Shown one piece after another: positions 49,069 to 58,968 of a stretch of 64,000 nt of DNA. Under the pieces are notes generated by a model. The model was not told the DNA's origin and searched no databases. It was given only the letters and a program-made list of their open reading frames with translations. Origin of the DNA: an uncultured bacterium. Its GTDB lineage: Bacteria; Krumholzibacteriota; Krumholzibacteriia; JACNKJ01. Location: positions 1,152,001-1,216,000 of the forward strand of contig CAVOFT010000001.1 in assembly GCA_963695095.1 (NCBI GenBank), in the 5' to 3' direction. Made by a program: the position numbers and the translations under genes. How positions within the stretch are numbered: the stretch's first letter is position 1; each line of letters opens with the position of its first letter.

Positions 49069-50404
49069 TCAGCGCTCGCGCTTGGGCGGGATGGGGACGA
49101 GAGGCTGGGGGCCGCGCCCCGGCAGGGGCAGCCCGGCCCGCCGCCAGCCGGGCACGCCCTCCTGGTAGATCAGTGTGCGCAGCCAGCCCAGCCGAGCGGC
49201 CTTCGTGGCCGCGATGCGGCTGCGCACGCAATCGGCCCCGTAGCAGTAGAAGGCCAAGGAGTCGCGGGCGGGCGCCGTTCCCGGCCAATGCGCGGCGATG
49301 AGCGCGCTGAGCGAGTCGTCGACCACTTGCGCGGGCAGGGCGATGGCCCCGGGCAGATGCTCGCGCGTGAAGTCGCGGTGGCCGCGCAGGTCGAAGAGGG
49401 GCAGCCGCGGGCGGCGCCGATCGGCGAGTTCGGGATTGCCGTCGGCGAGCAGGGCGCGCATCGCCTCCGTGTCGAGGATGCGCGTCGTGGGTAGCGTCCA
49501 GTCTGCCTGCCAGGCCGCCCAGCCGCCGAGCTGCACGGCGGCCTTCACGCCGATCATCCGCAGCAGCAGATAGCCCAGGCCCGGCGCCGGGTCGGTGGCA
49601 TCCGCCCCGCAGAGCACGAAGGTGGCCTCCAGGTCCACGGTGTCCCGCTTGCGGGGGCCGAAGCTCGCCGAGGGCCTCGCGGGCGGCCTTTGGCTCCGGC
49701 CAGCCGTCGTTGGCGCCGAGCAGGGCGGGCAGGTCGATGGCCAGGGCATGGGGGATGTGCCCCGCGGGCCCGGCCCAGGCGGCTTCGCCGCGCAGGTCGA
49801 GGATCTCGCAGGTCCGGGTCTCGCCCATGCGGGCCAGGATCCAGGCCGCGTCGACGGCGAGCGCGGCGTCCGGTGTGGGGCCGGCGACCGCGGTCGCCCC
49901 CGCCGCCGGCTCGCGGCTCAACTCGCCCCCCTCGCGCAGCCAGGCCTCGATGCCGCCCGCGAGCACCCGCGGCATTCGGCAGCCCGCCCACTCCAGGGCC
50001 CAGAAGGCACGGCCGAGGGCCGGCAGGCCGAGGCCGTCCGTGTAGAGGAGCAGAGGGGTCTCGCTGTCGATGCCCTGCGCGCCTAGCCAGGCGGCGAGGG
50101 AGCCGGCCTCACCTGCGGCGAGCGCGGTGGCCAGCGGCAGCTCCAGGTCGAAGGGGCGCGCGGCTGGGAGATGGCCTCGCGCGAAGGCCTCGGCGGGGCG
50201 CAGGTCGAGCGCGAGCGGGCGCTTCCGCTCGGGCGTCCTCGCCAACTCGCGGGGGCCGATCAGGATCTCCGGGTAGACGGGCTCGCGCGGCGGGGTGCGA
50301 CCCAGCCAGGGGAAGGGGTCGCGCGGGGCCTTGGTGTCGGCCCCGGTGGGGCCGCTCAAGGCGAGCCCGGCGAGGGCCAGGGCGAGGAGGGCGAGCTGGC
50401 GCAT
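49069..50404 (-). CDS. Secreted three-domain rhodanese/sulfurtransferase-like protein, with one frameshift near 49665
   Basis: 'LDLRP..GHLP', 'LDLRG..GHIPHA', 'FDLRG..EHLPGA', 'AFYCYGADCVRS'. ORFs 48950-50404 and 49069-49749 join at ..REALG/FGPRKRD... Confidence 0.78.
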
Positions 50405-50545
50405 GGGGGCATCCTAGCCCCGGAGCGCGGCGGGGGCAAGGCGCAGGGCGCCGCTTGGCAGGCGAGCCCAAAACTGTTAGAATCATCTGGAATTGCCGCC
50501 GGGCCTGGGCTCGGGGCTGCCACCACATCCACAAAAGGACACCGA

Positions 50546-52201
50546 ATGAAGGGCTTACGCTTTGCCCTCGCCGCGGCGCTGGCGGGTCTGCCCGCCCTGA
50601 GCGGAGCGGCGCCCGAGCTCGAGTGGGCCGCGACCCACGACGGCGGCGGCCTCTACGTGGACGAGGCCCGCCTTGCCCTCACGGACCCCGCGGGCAACCT
50701 GGTGCTGGCCGGCACCAGCCACGACGGCGTGGACGGCCTGGACCTGCTGGCCATGAAGCTGGCCAAGGACACGGGCGCCGTGCTCTGGGAGCGCCGCCAG
50801 CCCTCCTTCGACACCAACGACATGGCCGTGAGCGCGCTGAGCTGGGACGGGCTCGGCGACCTGCTCCTCGTCGGCTATGTCGTCGGCTGCGTGGGTTGAG
50901 GCCACGGCGACGACATCGTCGTCCTGAAGCTGGACGGCGAGACCGGAGAGGTTCTCTGGTTACAGCACTACGCTCCCGCAGGTGATCAGCACGAAACGGC
51001 CTACGCCGTGGCCGCGGCGCCGAACGGCGATGCCTTTGTCGTGGGGCGCGCCTACACGGCCGGCCGCATGGACGACGTCATCGCCCTGCGCCTGGCTGCC
51101 GCCGACGGCCACATCCTCTGGCTGAACCGCCTCGACGGCGGCAATGCCCGCAATGACCGCGGCTACGCCTGCGTGGCGGACGCCGCCGGTGACCTCGTCA
51201 TCACCGGCATCGCGGTGAACCCGGACGAATCGGCGGACTTCCTCACCCTCAAGCTGGCCGGCGAGGACGGCCAGCTGCACTGGACGCGGCGCGAGCCCGG
51301 CGCCGTCAACAACGAGACGCCGTCGGGCTGGCTGGGCCTGGCTGCGGAGGGCGGCGACGTCTTCATGGCCAACAAGACCTGGCAGACGGGCTACTCCTTC
51401 GACGCCGTGCTCGCGCGCTACGCGGGCGCTGACGGCGCCGTGCTCTGGAGCCGGCAATACGACAACGCCGGCGCGGCGGACGACCCGCGGCAGATGATCG
51501 TCGACGGCGCGGGCTGGCCCGTGGTGGCCGGCGTCTCGGCGGGCAACATGATGACGATGCGCGTGGACCCGACCAGCGGCGATCCCCTCTGGACCCGCTT
51601 CAAGGACGGGCCCATGGGCTGGTACGACCTCGCCAACTGCCTGGGCCTGGGCCCCGAGGGGCTGATCCTCGCCGCCGGCTTCATGGACGGCGGTGCGTCC
51701 ACCTGGGACGCGGCCGTGGTTGCCTACGCACCCGATACGGGCGATGAGGCCTGGACACTGGTCTGGGACGGCGCGGACAGCCTCACCGACGAGCTGCGCG
51801 CGCTCGCGCTCGCGCCCACGGGCGAGCTCTATGCCGTGGGCTACAGCTACGCGACCTCGACGGACATGGACATGCTCGCCCTGCAGTATCGCTTCGCGCC
51901 GACGGCGGTGGACTCGCCCTGGCAGCCGGCCGCGCTCGAGGCGCGCGCCTGGCCCAATCCCTTCCGCGAATCCGTGCAGCTTCGCCTCGCCCTGCCCGCC
52001 GCGGGCAGCTATCGCGCGGAGATCTTCGATGCGCAGGGCCGCCGCGTGCGGAGCCTCGACGGCGAGGCCGCGTCCGGCGAACTGAGCCTGCTGTGGGACG
52101 GCCGGGACGCGGAGGGGCGCGCGGCTCCGGCCGGTCTCTACTTCGTGCGCATCACGAGCGGCGGCGGCGAGTGGCGGGGGCGGCTGCTGCGCCTGCGCTA
52201 G
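50546..52201 (+). CDS. Secreted beta-propeller protein with FlgD-Ig C-terminus; candidate selenoprotein (CVGU, TGA at 50897-50899)
   Basis: AAGGA RBS and signal peptide. The frame continues through TGA into GHGDDIVVLKLDGETGEVLW, the same blade repeat as 'DLLAMKLAKDTGAVLW'. SECIS-like hairpin downstream. Confidence 0.8.
50916..50940 (+). other. Candidate bacterial SECIS element
   Basis: Stem TCGTCGTCC/GGACGGCGA (9 bp, one G-U pair), loop TGAAGCT with G at loop position 2, 25 nt after the UGA. Confidence 0.55.
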
Positions 52202-52232
52202 TTGCCCGCTTCGGTCCGCTGAAGAACGATTC

Positions 52233-52263
52233 GACGCCCCGGTGCTCTGGTCCGGGGCGTTTC
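52233..52263 (+). terminator. Intrinsic terminator
   Basis: GACGCCCCGG...CCGGGGCGTTT. Confidence 0.65.
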
Positions 52264-52356
52264 TGTAGCGTGCGGCAGGAAGTGCGAGCGATCGGCAGCG
52301 GGTGTATACTCCCAAGCGTCGGGCAAGGGTGCTGCCGATGAGGGGAGGTCCTGGTG

Positions 52357-53949
52357 ATGGGCAAACGCTGCTTCGCAGCTGGGATAGTGCTTGCGATGCT
52401 GCCAAGCGGCTTTGCGAGCGGGGCAGAGGCCGCTCAGCTCCACGTCCCGCTCGAGTACCCCACGATCCAGGCAGCGGTCGATGCAGCGGCGCCGGGGGAC
52501 AGCGTCATGGTCTCACCTGGAATCTATGCCGCTCCGCCAGATTCAACACGGATCCTCCGGTGCATCGGAAAGGCCATTTACGTCATCGGCACGGCCGGTA
52601 GCGATTCCACCATCCTGTACGGGGCTGGCGGGGGAGGCCTATCCCTCATCGATGTGCCTCCTCCCGGGTTGAGCCTTCAGGGACTGACCATTGAAGAGTG
52701 CGCTGGTGGGATCTACTGCAGCGGCAGCGACCTCCTATGTTCGGAGATCCAGTGGCGCGGGAACTGCAGCGACCTTTACGCTGGCGGGCTGACGCTGATC
52801 AACTCCGTGGCTCGCATCACCGGTTCGGGTTTCGCAGACAACCGCAGCGGCTGGGATACCATTAGCGGTGGGTTTGGTGGAGCCCTCTATCTCTGGGGGG
52901 AGTCCTCCGCCTATCTCTCCGAGGTGGAGTTTTTGCGAAACGAGGCAAGCTTTGGAGGCGGTGCAATCGCCATGCTCCACGCGGATTCGCTCACCCTCGA
53001 TCGCGTGAGTTTCGAAGACAACAGCGGGCACTCCGGCGGCGCGCTGTACGTGGAAGCCAGCTCTGCCGAGGATTCGTCCAGTGTTCGGATACAGGAGTCG
53101 GTCTTCCATAGCAATTCGGCGGTGGGGGACGGCGGTGCAATCCGAGCTGCTGGCGGCCGACTGGAGCTTGAGGCTGTGGTCATCAGCGGAAACGAAGCGG
53201 GCCAGTATGGGGGCGGTATCGATTGCTCGCGGACTGCGTTGAGAATCGCCAGCTGCACGATCGCGCGCAACCAATCCACAGTGGGCGGCGCGGCCATTCA
53301 CGTCGACGACGGCGGCGAAGCGGGGAGCGTGAGCTTGGAGGTCTGCATCGTCGCCCTGAACACGGGCTCAAGCAGCCTCGAGTGGGCCGGCGACGGGGCA
53401 GCGCCCGTGCTCGCGTGCTGCGATGTCTTTGCCACGAACGGCGACCACTTCGGCGGCGCTTGGCCGGATGTCATCGGCCAGGACGGCAACTTCTCGGCGT
53501 ATCCCTACTTCTGCGGTACAGGGCCCTACGATGAGCAGAGCGGAGCGGACTTCAGCTACGAGCTTCAGACGAACTCGCCCTGCCTGCCGGGAGGCAATCC
53601 CTGCGGCATCTTGGTCGGTGCTTTCGGCGAGGGTTGTATCGCCAGCGTCGCAGGGGATTCGGATAGCGCCGACTGGCAGCCCGCCCGCGCGCTTCCGAAT
53701 CCCTTCGTGGAGACCACGCGGATTCGCGGCGCACTGCCGGGAGCGGGACCTGCGATGCTGTGCATCTACGACATCAGGGGGCGCAAGCTGCGCGAGCTGA
53801 AAGCTCTCGCGGGCGCCAACGAGTCCGCTGTCGAGTTTGCCTGGGACGGCCGCGACGGCGAGGGCCGACCCGCGCCGTGTGGCGTGTACCTGTACCGGAT
53901 TGAACGGGAAGGCCGGCGGCTCTCGGGGCGAGTCACCAGGCTGCGCTAA
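52357..53949 (+). CDS. Secreted right-handed beta-helix (Pmp-like GGAI/FxxN repeat) protein with FlgD-Ig C-terminus
   Basis: 'YPTIQAAVDAA..GDSVMVSPGIY', repeated FxxN..GGA[IL], 'SPCLPG', 'PNPF..GVYLY'. Confidence 0.85.
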   Translation: MGKRCFAAGIVLAMLPSGFASGAEAAQLHVPLEYPTIQAAVDAAAPGDSVMVSPGIYAAPPDSTRILRCIGKAIYVIGTAGSDSTILYGAGGGGLSLIDVPPPGLSLQGLTIEECAGGIYCSGSDLLCSEIQWRGNCSDLYAGGLTLINSVARITGSGFADNRSGWDTISGGFGGALYLWGESSAYLSEVEFLRNEASFGGGAIAMLHADSLTLDRVSFEDNSGHSGGALYVEASSAEDSSSVRIQESVFHSNSAVGDGGAIRAAGGRLELEAVVISGNEAGQYGGGIDCSRTALRIASCTIARNQSTVGGAAIHVDDGGEAGSVSLEVCIVALNTGSSSLEWAGDGAAPVLACCDVFATNGDHFGGAWPDVIGQDGNFSAYPYFCGTGPYDEQSGADFSYELQTNSPCLPGGNPCGILVGAFGEGCIASVAGDSDSADWQPARALPNPFVETTRIRGALPGAGPAMLCIYDIRGRKLRELKALAGANESAVEFAWDGRDGEGRPAPCGVYLYRIEREGRRLSGRVTRLR

Positions 53950-53967
53950 GGTGGACCACGCCAGCGC

Positions 53968-54537
53968 CTAGTTGCCCGCTGACACCAGCGCGTAGATGAC
54001 CGGCAGCAGGATGCCGATCAGCATCAGCACGCCGCCGCGGCCCATGAGGCCCTTCTTGCCGCGCACGAGGAAGATCCCCGAGATGGCCAGCACGATGACG
54101 ATGCCGGCATAGACATCGGCCACGCCCGTCCAGAGGCGCTTGCCCGTGTTCAAGTGCATGAAGTTCATCTCGAAGAGCCAGGGCCGCTTGGCCGCGCTGT
54201 CCCGCTGGTACTCGCCGGTGACGAGGTTCACCTCGATCTTGCCGCCGCTCTCGAGGAAGACGGCCAGGTAGTCCTGGCCCGAGCGCCAGGTGCTCTTCAC
54301 GGCCAGCTCGGGGTCCTGCGCGCGCAGGCGATCGAGCACCAGCGGCGTGACGAGCGCGGTCTCACCCGCCCCCGGGGGCGCCATCTGCTCGCGCACGCGC
54401 GTGCGCGCGTAGTTCGCGTCCCAGTGGTGGACGTGGTTCAGCGCCAGACCGCTGATCGCGTAGACGAGGGTCAGCCCCACCGCGAGGAAACCCAGCTCGC
54501 GGTGGAGCCAGAGGCATACCCGACGAAAAGTGCTCAT
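53968..54537 (-). CDS. PepSY-associated TM helix protein
   Basis: 'WLHRELGF..YAISGLALNH', 'MNFMHLN', 'AISGIFL'. Confidence 0.8.
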   Translation of the reverse strand: MSTFRRVCLWLHRELGFLAVGLTLVYAISGLALNHVHHWDANYARTRVREQMAPPGAGETALVTPLVLDRLRAQDPELAVKSTWRSGQDYLAVFLESGGKIEVNLVTGEYQRDSAAKRPWLFEMNFMHLNTGKRLWTGVADVYAGIVIVLAISGIFLVRGKKGLMGRGGVLMLIGILLPVIYALVSAGN

Positions 54538-54547
54538 GCTGCTGCGG

Positions 54548-55090
54548 CTAGCCTTTGTGCTGGGGCTTCACGGCCTCCAGCGCGTTCGGCTCGGCCTTGG
54601 GATCCGCCTTGGGGGCGGCGGCCGCCTCGAGCGCCACGGCGCCCGTGCCCGAGAGCTGATAGAGCGTCATGCAGTCGGTCACGTGCTCGGGGTTGAACTC
54701 CTCGCCCTTCTTCTCGGCCTGCGCGCCGCAGTACTGCTTGGTCGTCTCGAGATCCAGCTTGTTGGCCGTCCAGACGCCCTCGGCGATGACAGTGGAGCCC
54801 AGGATGCTCGCCGGGAAGACGATGACGCCGTCCTCCACCTTGACCCGCAGGGTCTCGCCTTCCTTGTCCGAGCCGATGTTGATCCAGCAGCCGCGGTGCT
54901 CGCAGACGCCCACGGCGAGGCCCTCGACGCGCAGGGTCTGGCCGACATAGGCATCCGGGGTGGCCAGGAGCTGGCTCACGGGGATCGTCTCGCGGGAGCT
55001 GACACCCTTGCCGTAGACGGTCTCGCCGGCCAGGCTGAGGGCGGGAACGAGGAGGGCGAGGCAGAAAGCGACGATGATTCCCTTGCGCAT
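54548..55090 (-). CDS. DUF4920-like secreted OB-fold protein
   Basis: Signal peptide; 'YVGQTLRVEG..VCEHRGCWINI', 'VIAEG'. Confidence 0.75.
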   Translation of the reverse strand: MRKGIIVAFCLALLVPALSLAGETVYGKGVSSRETIPVSQLLATPDAYVGQTLRVEGLAVGVCEHRGCWINIGSDKEGETLRVKVEDGVIVFPASILGSTVIAEGVWTANKLDLETTKQYCGAQAEKKGEEFNPEHVTDCMTLYQLSGTGAVALEAAAAPKADPKAEPNALEAVKPQHKG

Positions 55091-55301
55091 GTGCGCGTCT
55101 CCTTGGGTGAGGGGGTGAGCCGCCAGGATAGCAGTAATCCATAACAAGGTGAAGGAGATCCTCAACCCGCGCAAGGGGCTGGGGTTCCCAATCCGGACCC
55201 CTTTCCCCTCAATATTCCCGCGGCGGCTGCCGATGAAGGCTCTGGCGGGGCGTCCCTGGGCCGGGGCGCCTCCGTCCGCGCCGCAGGCGGAAAGGGGGGC
55301 C

Positions 55302-57236
55302 ATGCCCAGTCTCCACGAGGATCGCCTGGCCGACCTGCTCGGCCAGCGCCGCCTGCTCAGCGAGGCCGAGATCCGGGGCCTGCTGGAGCGCAGTGCCGGC
55401 GCGGGGCGGGATTTCGAGGCGCAGCTGCTCAGCGAGGGCGGCTTCAGCCGTCGCCAGTTGCTGGAAATCCTCGAAAATCAGTACTTCTGCCCCTCGGCGG
55501 ACCTGCCCGATGAGAGCCCGGCGCCGGCCGCCCTCCTGCTCCTGCCCCGCGCCCTCGCCGAGCGCCACGACTGCCTGCCCGTGGACCTCCGCGGGGACGC
55601 CCTGCGGGTGGCCTTTGCCGATCCCGACGACAAGCCGGCCCGGGAGGCGGTCGCCCGGGCGACCGGCCGCGAGATCCTGCCCCTCGTCGCCCTGCGCACG
55701 GAGCTGGCCCGCTGCCGCCGCGACTGGTATGCGCAGCAGGAGGCGGGCCTGGCCTCGATCCGCCCCGCGGCGCCGGCGGCCTCTGCCGCGGCCCCCGCGC
55801 CGCCTCGCATCGAGCCCATTGCCGATCTGGCCGGACGCACGCCGGCCGAGCTCGTGGCGACCCTGCTCGGGGCCGCCGCGCGCCGCGGCGCCACGGATGT
55901 GCACATCGAGCAAGGCGACGAGGCGCTGGTCCTGCGGCTGCGCCTGGACGGCATCCTGCACACGGTGGCCCGCCTGCCGCGGGAGCAGGCGGCCGGCGTG
56001 ATCTCGCGCATCAAGATCCTCGCCAGCCTGGACATCGCCGAGCACCGCCTGCCCCAGGACGGCCGTTTCAGCACGCGCGAAGGCGACCGCCTCTTCGACC
56101 TGCGCGTGAGCGTGCTGCCCGCCCAGCACGGGGAAAAGATCGTGCTGCGCCTGCTCGAGAAGAAGCTCGAGCTGCTCGACCTGGAGCGGCTCCATCTACC
56201 GCCCGCCATTCGCGAGGCCTACCAGGCCGTGCTCACGAACCCCATGGGCTTCTACCTGGTCTCGGGACCCACCGGCAGCGGCAAGACGACGACGCTCTAC
56301 GCGACCCTGCAATCGCTGGATCGCGAGGTGCTCAACATCGCCACCCTGGAAGATCCCATCGAGTACTCGCTGCCCGGCATCACCCAGACCCAGGTGCAGG
56401 AGGAGATCGGCCTCACCTTCTCCGCTGGCCTGCGCTCGCTCTTGCGGCAGGATCCGGACGTCATCCTCGTCGGCGAGATGCGCGACCTGGAGACGGTGGA
56501 GGTGGCCTGCCGCGCCGCGCTGACGGGACACAAGGTGCTCAGCACCATCCACACCAACGATGCCTGCCAGGTGATCACCCGCCTTCTGGACATGGGCACG
56601 GCGCCGCACCTGATCGCGGCCACCCTGCGCGGCGTGCTCGCCCAGCGCCTCGTGCGCCGCGTCTGCCCCCAGTGCAACGAACGCTATGCGCCGAGCGAGG
56701 CCGAACGCGCCCTGCTCGGCTATCCCGAAGTCGAGGCTCTCGTGCGCGGCCGCGGCTGTGCGCACTGCGCCGGCACCGGCTACAAGGGCCGCATGGGCAT
56801 CTACGAGTACTTCCCAGTGGAGGAGGACATCCACCGGCTCATCCTCGATCGCGCCTCGCCCTATGCCATCCGCTACGCTGCCAAGCGCGCGGGCATGCTG
56901 CTCTTGGCCGACCATGCCAAGCGCGCCGTGCTGGCCGGCGAGACGACGGTGGCCGAGATCCAGCGCGTCGTGCTGGCCGAGGCGCCCCACGAGCAGCTCT
57001 GCCCGCACTGCCAGCGCGTCGTCAACGTGGAGTTCAGCGTCTGTCCCTACTGCCAGACCACGCTCAAGGAGACCTGCGGCGGCTGCGGCCGCCCGGTGGA
57101 GGCCAACTGGGAGAGCTGCCCCGCCTGCGGCGTCCACCTGGAGCGGGAATGGGAGAAGATCTACTGCCGGCACTGCCTGGCGCCGGTGCGCCCGGACTGG
57201 GAGAGCTGCCACTTCTGCGGAGGTGCCCTGCGATGA
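55302..57236 (+). CDS. GspE/PilB-family secretion ATPase with N-terminal MshEN-like domain and C-terminal zinc ribbons
   Basis: 'ATDVHIE', 'RLPQDGRF', 'GPTGSGKTTTLY', 'TLEDPIEY', 'LRQDPDVILVGEMRD', 'STIHTND'; C-terminus with six extra CxxC pairs. Confidence 0.93.
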   Translation: MPSLHEDRLADLLGQRRLLSEAEIRGLLERSAGAGRDFEAQLLSEGGFSRRQLLEILENQYFCPSADLPDESPAPAALLLLPRALAERHDCLPVDLRGDALRVAFADPDDKPAREAVARATGREILPLVALRTELARCRRDWYAQQEAGLASIRPAAPAASAAAPAPPRIEPIADLAGRTPAELVATLLGAAARRGATDVHIEQGDEALVLRLRLDGILHTVARLPREQAAGVISRIKILASLDIAEHRLPQDGRFSTREGDRLFDLRVSVLPAQHGEKIVLRLLEKKLELLDLERLHLPPAIREAYQAVLTNPMGFYLVSGPTGSGKTTTLYATLQSLDREVLNIATLEDPIEYSLPGITQTQVQEEIGLTFSAGLRSLLRQDPDVILVGEMRDLETVEVACRAALTGHKVLSTIHTNDACQVITRLLDMGTAPHLIAATLRGVLAQRLVRRVCPQCNERYAPSEAERALLGYPEVEALVRGRGCAHCAGTGYKGRMGIYEYFPVEEDIHRLILDRASPYAIRYAAKRAGMLLLADHAKRAVLAGETTVAEIQRVVLAEAPHEQLCPHCQRVVNVEFSVCPYCQTTLKETCGGCGRPVEANWESCPACGVHLEREWEKIYCRHCLAPVRPDWESCHFCGGALR

Positions 57237-58924
57237 ACAGCGGCAAGGACCTGATGCCCACCGGCATCGCGGGACTGGACCATCTGCTCGGCGGCGGCCT
57301 CGTGCGCGGCAACAGCTTGCTCGTCGAAGGGCCGCCCGGCAGCGGCAAGACCACCGTCGCCCTGCGCACGCTCTATGCCGGCGCTCAGCAGTTCGACGAG
57401 CCGGGCCTCATCCTCACCTTCGAGGAATTCCCGCGCCAGATCTACGAGGAGGCGGCGGGCTTCGGCATGGACCTGGCGGGGCTCGAGAAGCAGGGCAAGC
57501 TGCGCGTGGTGTGGACGCCGCCGGAGCGCATCCTGCAGGGCTTCGCCGGCAAGAGCGATCTCGTCGAGAACATCGTGCGCGAGCTGGGCGTGCGGCGCCT
57601 GGTCATCGACAGCATCACGCACTTCAAGCGGGTTGCCCACTCGGAGACCGAACTGCGCGAGACCCTGGCCGAGATCCTCAACTTCCTCAAGCTGCGCGGG
57701 ATCAACGCCATGCTCGTCAAGGAACTCGAGCGCATGGACGACGCCACCATCGCCTTCGAGGAGTACCTCGTCGACGCGAGCTTGCGCGTCTACAACGCGC
57801 GCTCGGGCCACGGGGGCGACAACGAGCGCTTCCTCGAGGTGCGCAAGACGCGCGGGCAGTCGCACATCTCGGGCCTGCATCCCTTCGAGCTGGGGGAGAC
57901 GGGCGTCGTCGTCTATCCGCGCCTGCGCCCCGAGGACGTGCGGCGTTCGCCGGCGCCGCAGGCCGTTCGCCGCCGCGTGCCGCTGGGCGTGGCCGGCCTG
58001 GACGCCATGCTCGAAGGCGGCTTCTGGACGGGCTCCTTCAACCTGGCCGCCGGCTATCAGGGCACGGGCAAGACGGTGCTCGCCTACCACTTCATCGACG
58101 AGGGCCTGCGCCGCGGCGAGAGCTGCCGCTCGGTGGTCTTCAACCGCCGGCCCGAGGACCTGCTGGGCGAGGCCCGGAGTCTGGGCTTCGACTGGGATGA
58201 AGCCCTGGCTTCCGGTCGCCTCTGCGTGGATGCCTTCACGCGCGGCGGCATGAGCATGGAGAAGCTGCTGGGGGCGCTGGATGTCGCCCTGCACGCGGGG
58301 CCGCCGCAGCGCTTCGTGCTCGAGTCCCTGGACGATCTCTTCGCCCTGCCCGGCCGCGACCGCCGGGTGGCCGACGGCGTGCAGGTGCTGCGCGCCCTGC
58401 TCGCCGACGTGGGCGCCACCGCGCTCCTGCTCCACCGCGCGCAGAGCCTCGCGGGCGACCTCATGGACAATGCCCGCGAGATCGGGGAGTTCACCGACGG
58501 CATCCTGCAGTTCTCCCTGGCCGAGAACGAGGGACGGCTCTGCCGCTTCCTCAGCGTGCGCAAGCACGCGGGCAGCAATCACGCCAAGGAGCTGCGCGAG
58601 CTGGAGATCGGTCCGCGCGGCATGGAGGTGGCCGACAGCGCCGGCCGCCACCGCGGCATCCTCACCGGCCAGCTCGAGCTGGCCCCGGCGGAGGCCGCGC
58701 CCGAGGTGCTGCCGCGCATCAAGGCCGTGCGGGACATCTTCCAGGATCTGCTCGCCGCCACCGGGCTGCCCGAGGACCTGCGCCGCCGCGTGATGGCCGC
58801 GCGGCGGGAGCTGGTGCTGGCCGATGTCGTGCTGCAGGAGCACTTCGGCGGCACGCATTTCGCGCAGATGGCAGTCCGCCGCCGCGAAGAGCCGGCGCCC
58901 GAGCCCGCGGGCGGCCACCGCTAG
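57233..58924 (+). CDS. KaiC-like/RAD55 double-domain RecA-family ATPase
   Basis: 'TGIAGLDHLLGGG..GPPGSGKT..TFEE..LVIDS..VRKTRG'; second domain 'GLDAMLEGG..GYQGTGKT..VRKHAGSNH'. ATGA overlap with the PilB-like gene. Confidence 0.88.
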   Translation: MNSGKDLMPTGIAGLDHLLGGGLVRGNSLLVEGPPGSGKTTVALRTLYAGAQQFDEPGLILTFEEFPRQIYEEAAGFGMDLAGLEKQGKLRVVWTPPERILQGFAGKSDLVENIVRELGVRRLVIDSITHFKRVAHSETELRETLAEILNFLKLRGINAMLVKELERMDDATIAFEEYLVDASLRVYNARSGHGGDNERFLEVRKTRGQSHISGLHPFELGETGVVVYPRLRPEDVRRSPAPQAVRRRVPLGVAGLDAMLEGGFWTGSFNLAAGYQGTGKTVLAYHFIDEGLRRGESCRSVVFNRRPEDLLGEARSLGFDWDEALASGRLCVDAFTRGGMSMEKLLGALDVALHAGPPQRFVLESLDDLFALPGRDRRVADGVQVLRALLADVGATALLLHRAQSLAGDLMDNAREIGEFTDGILQFSLAENEGRLCRFLSVRKHAGSNHAKELRELEIGPRGMEVADSAGRHRGILTGQLELAPAEAAPEVLPRIKAVRDIFQDLLAATGLPEDLRRRVMAARRELVLADVVLQEHFGGTHFAQMAVRRREEPAPEPAGGHR

Positions 58925-58968
58925 TCGAAGTCGGCGGGCCCCGGCGAGCGCCACTGCCCGGCCCGCTC

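Noticed and set aside
50909..50923. Alternative hairpin GACGAC-ATC-GTCGTC as the SECIS
   Set aside because: Shorter stem and no G in the loop; the overlapping 50916-50940 hairpin fits better.
57233..58924. Circadian clock KaiC
   Set aside because: No kaiA/kaiB nearby, and the ST phosphosites and second-domain EE pair are absent.
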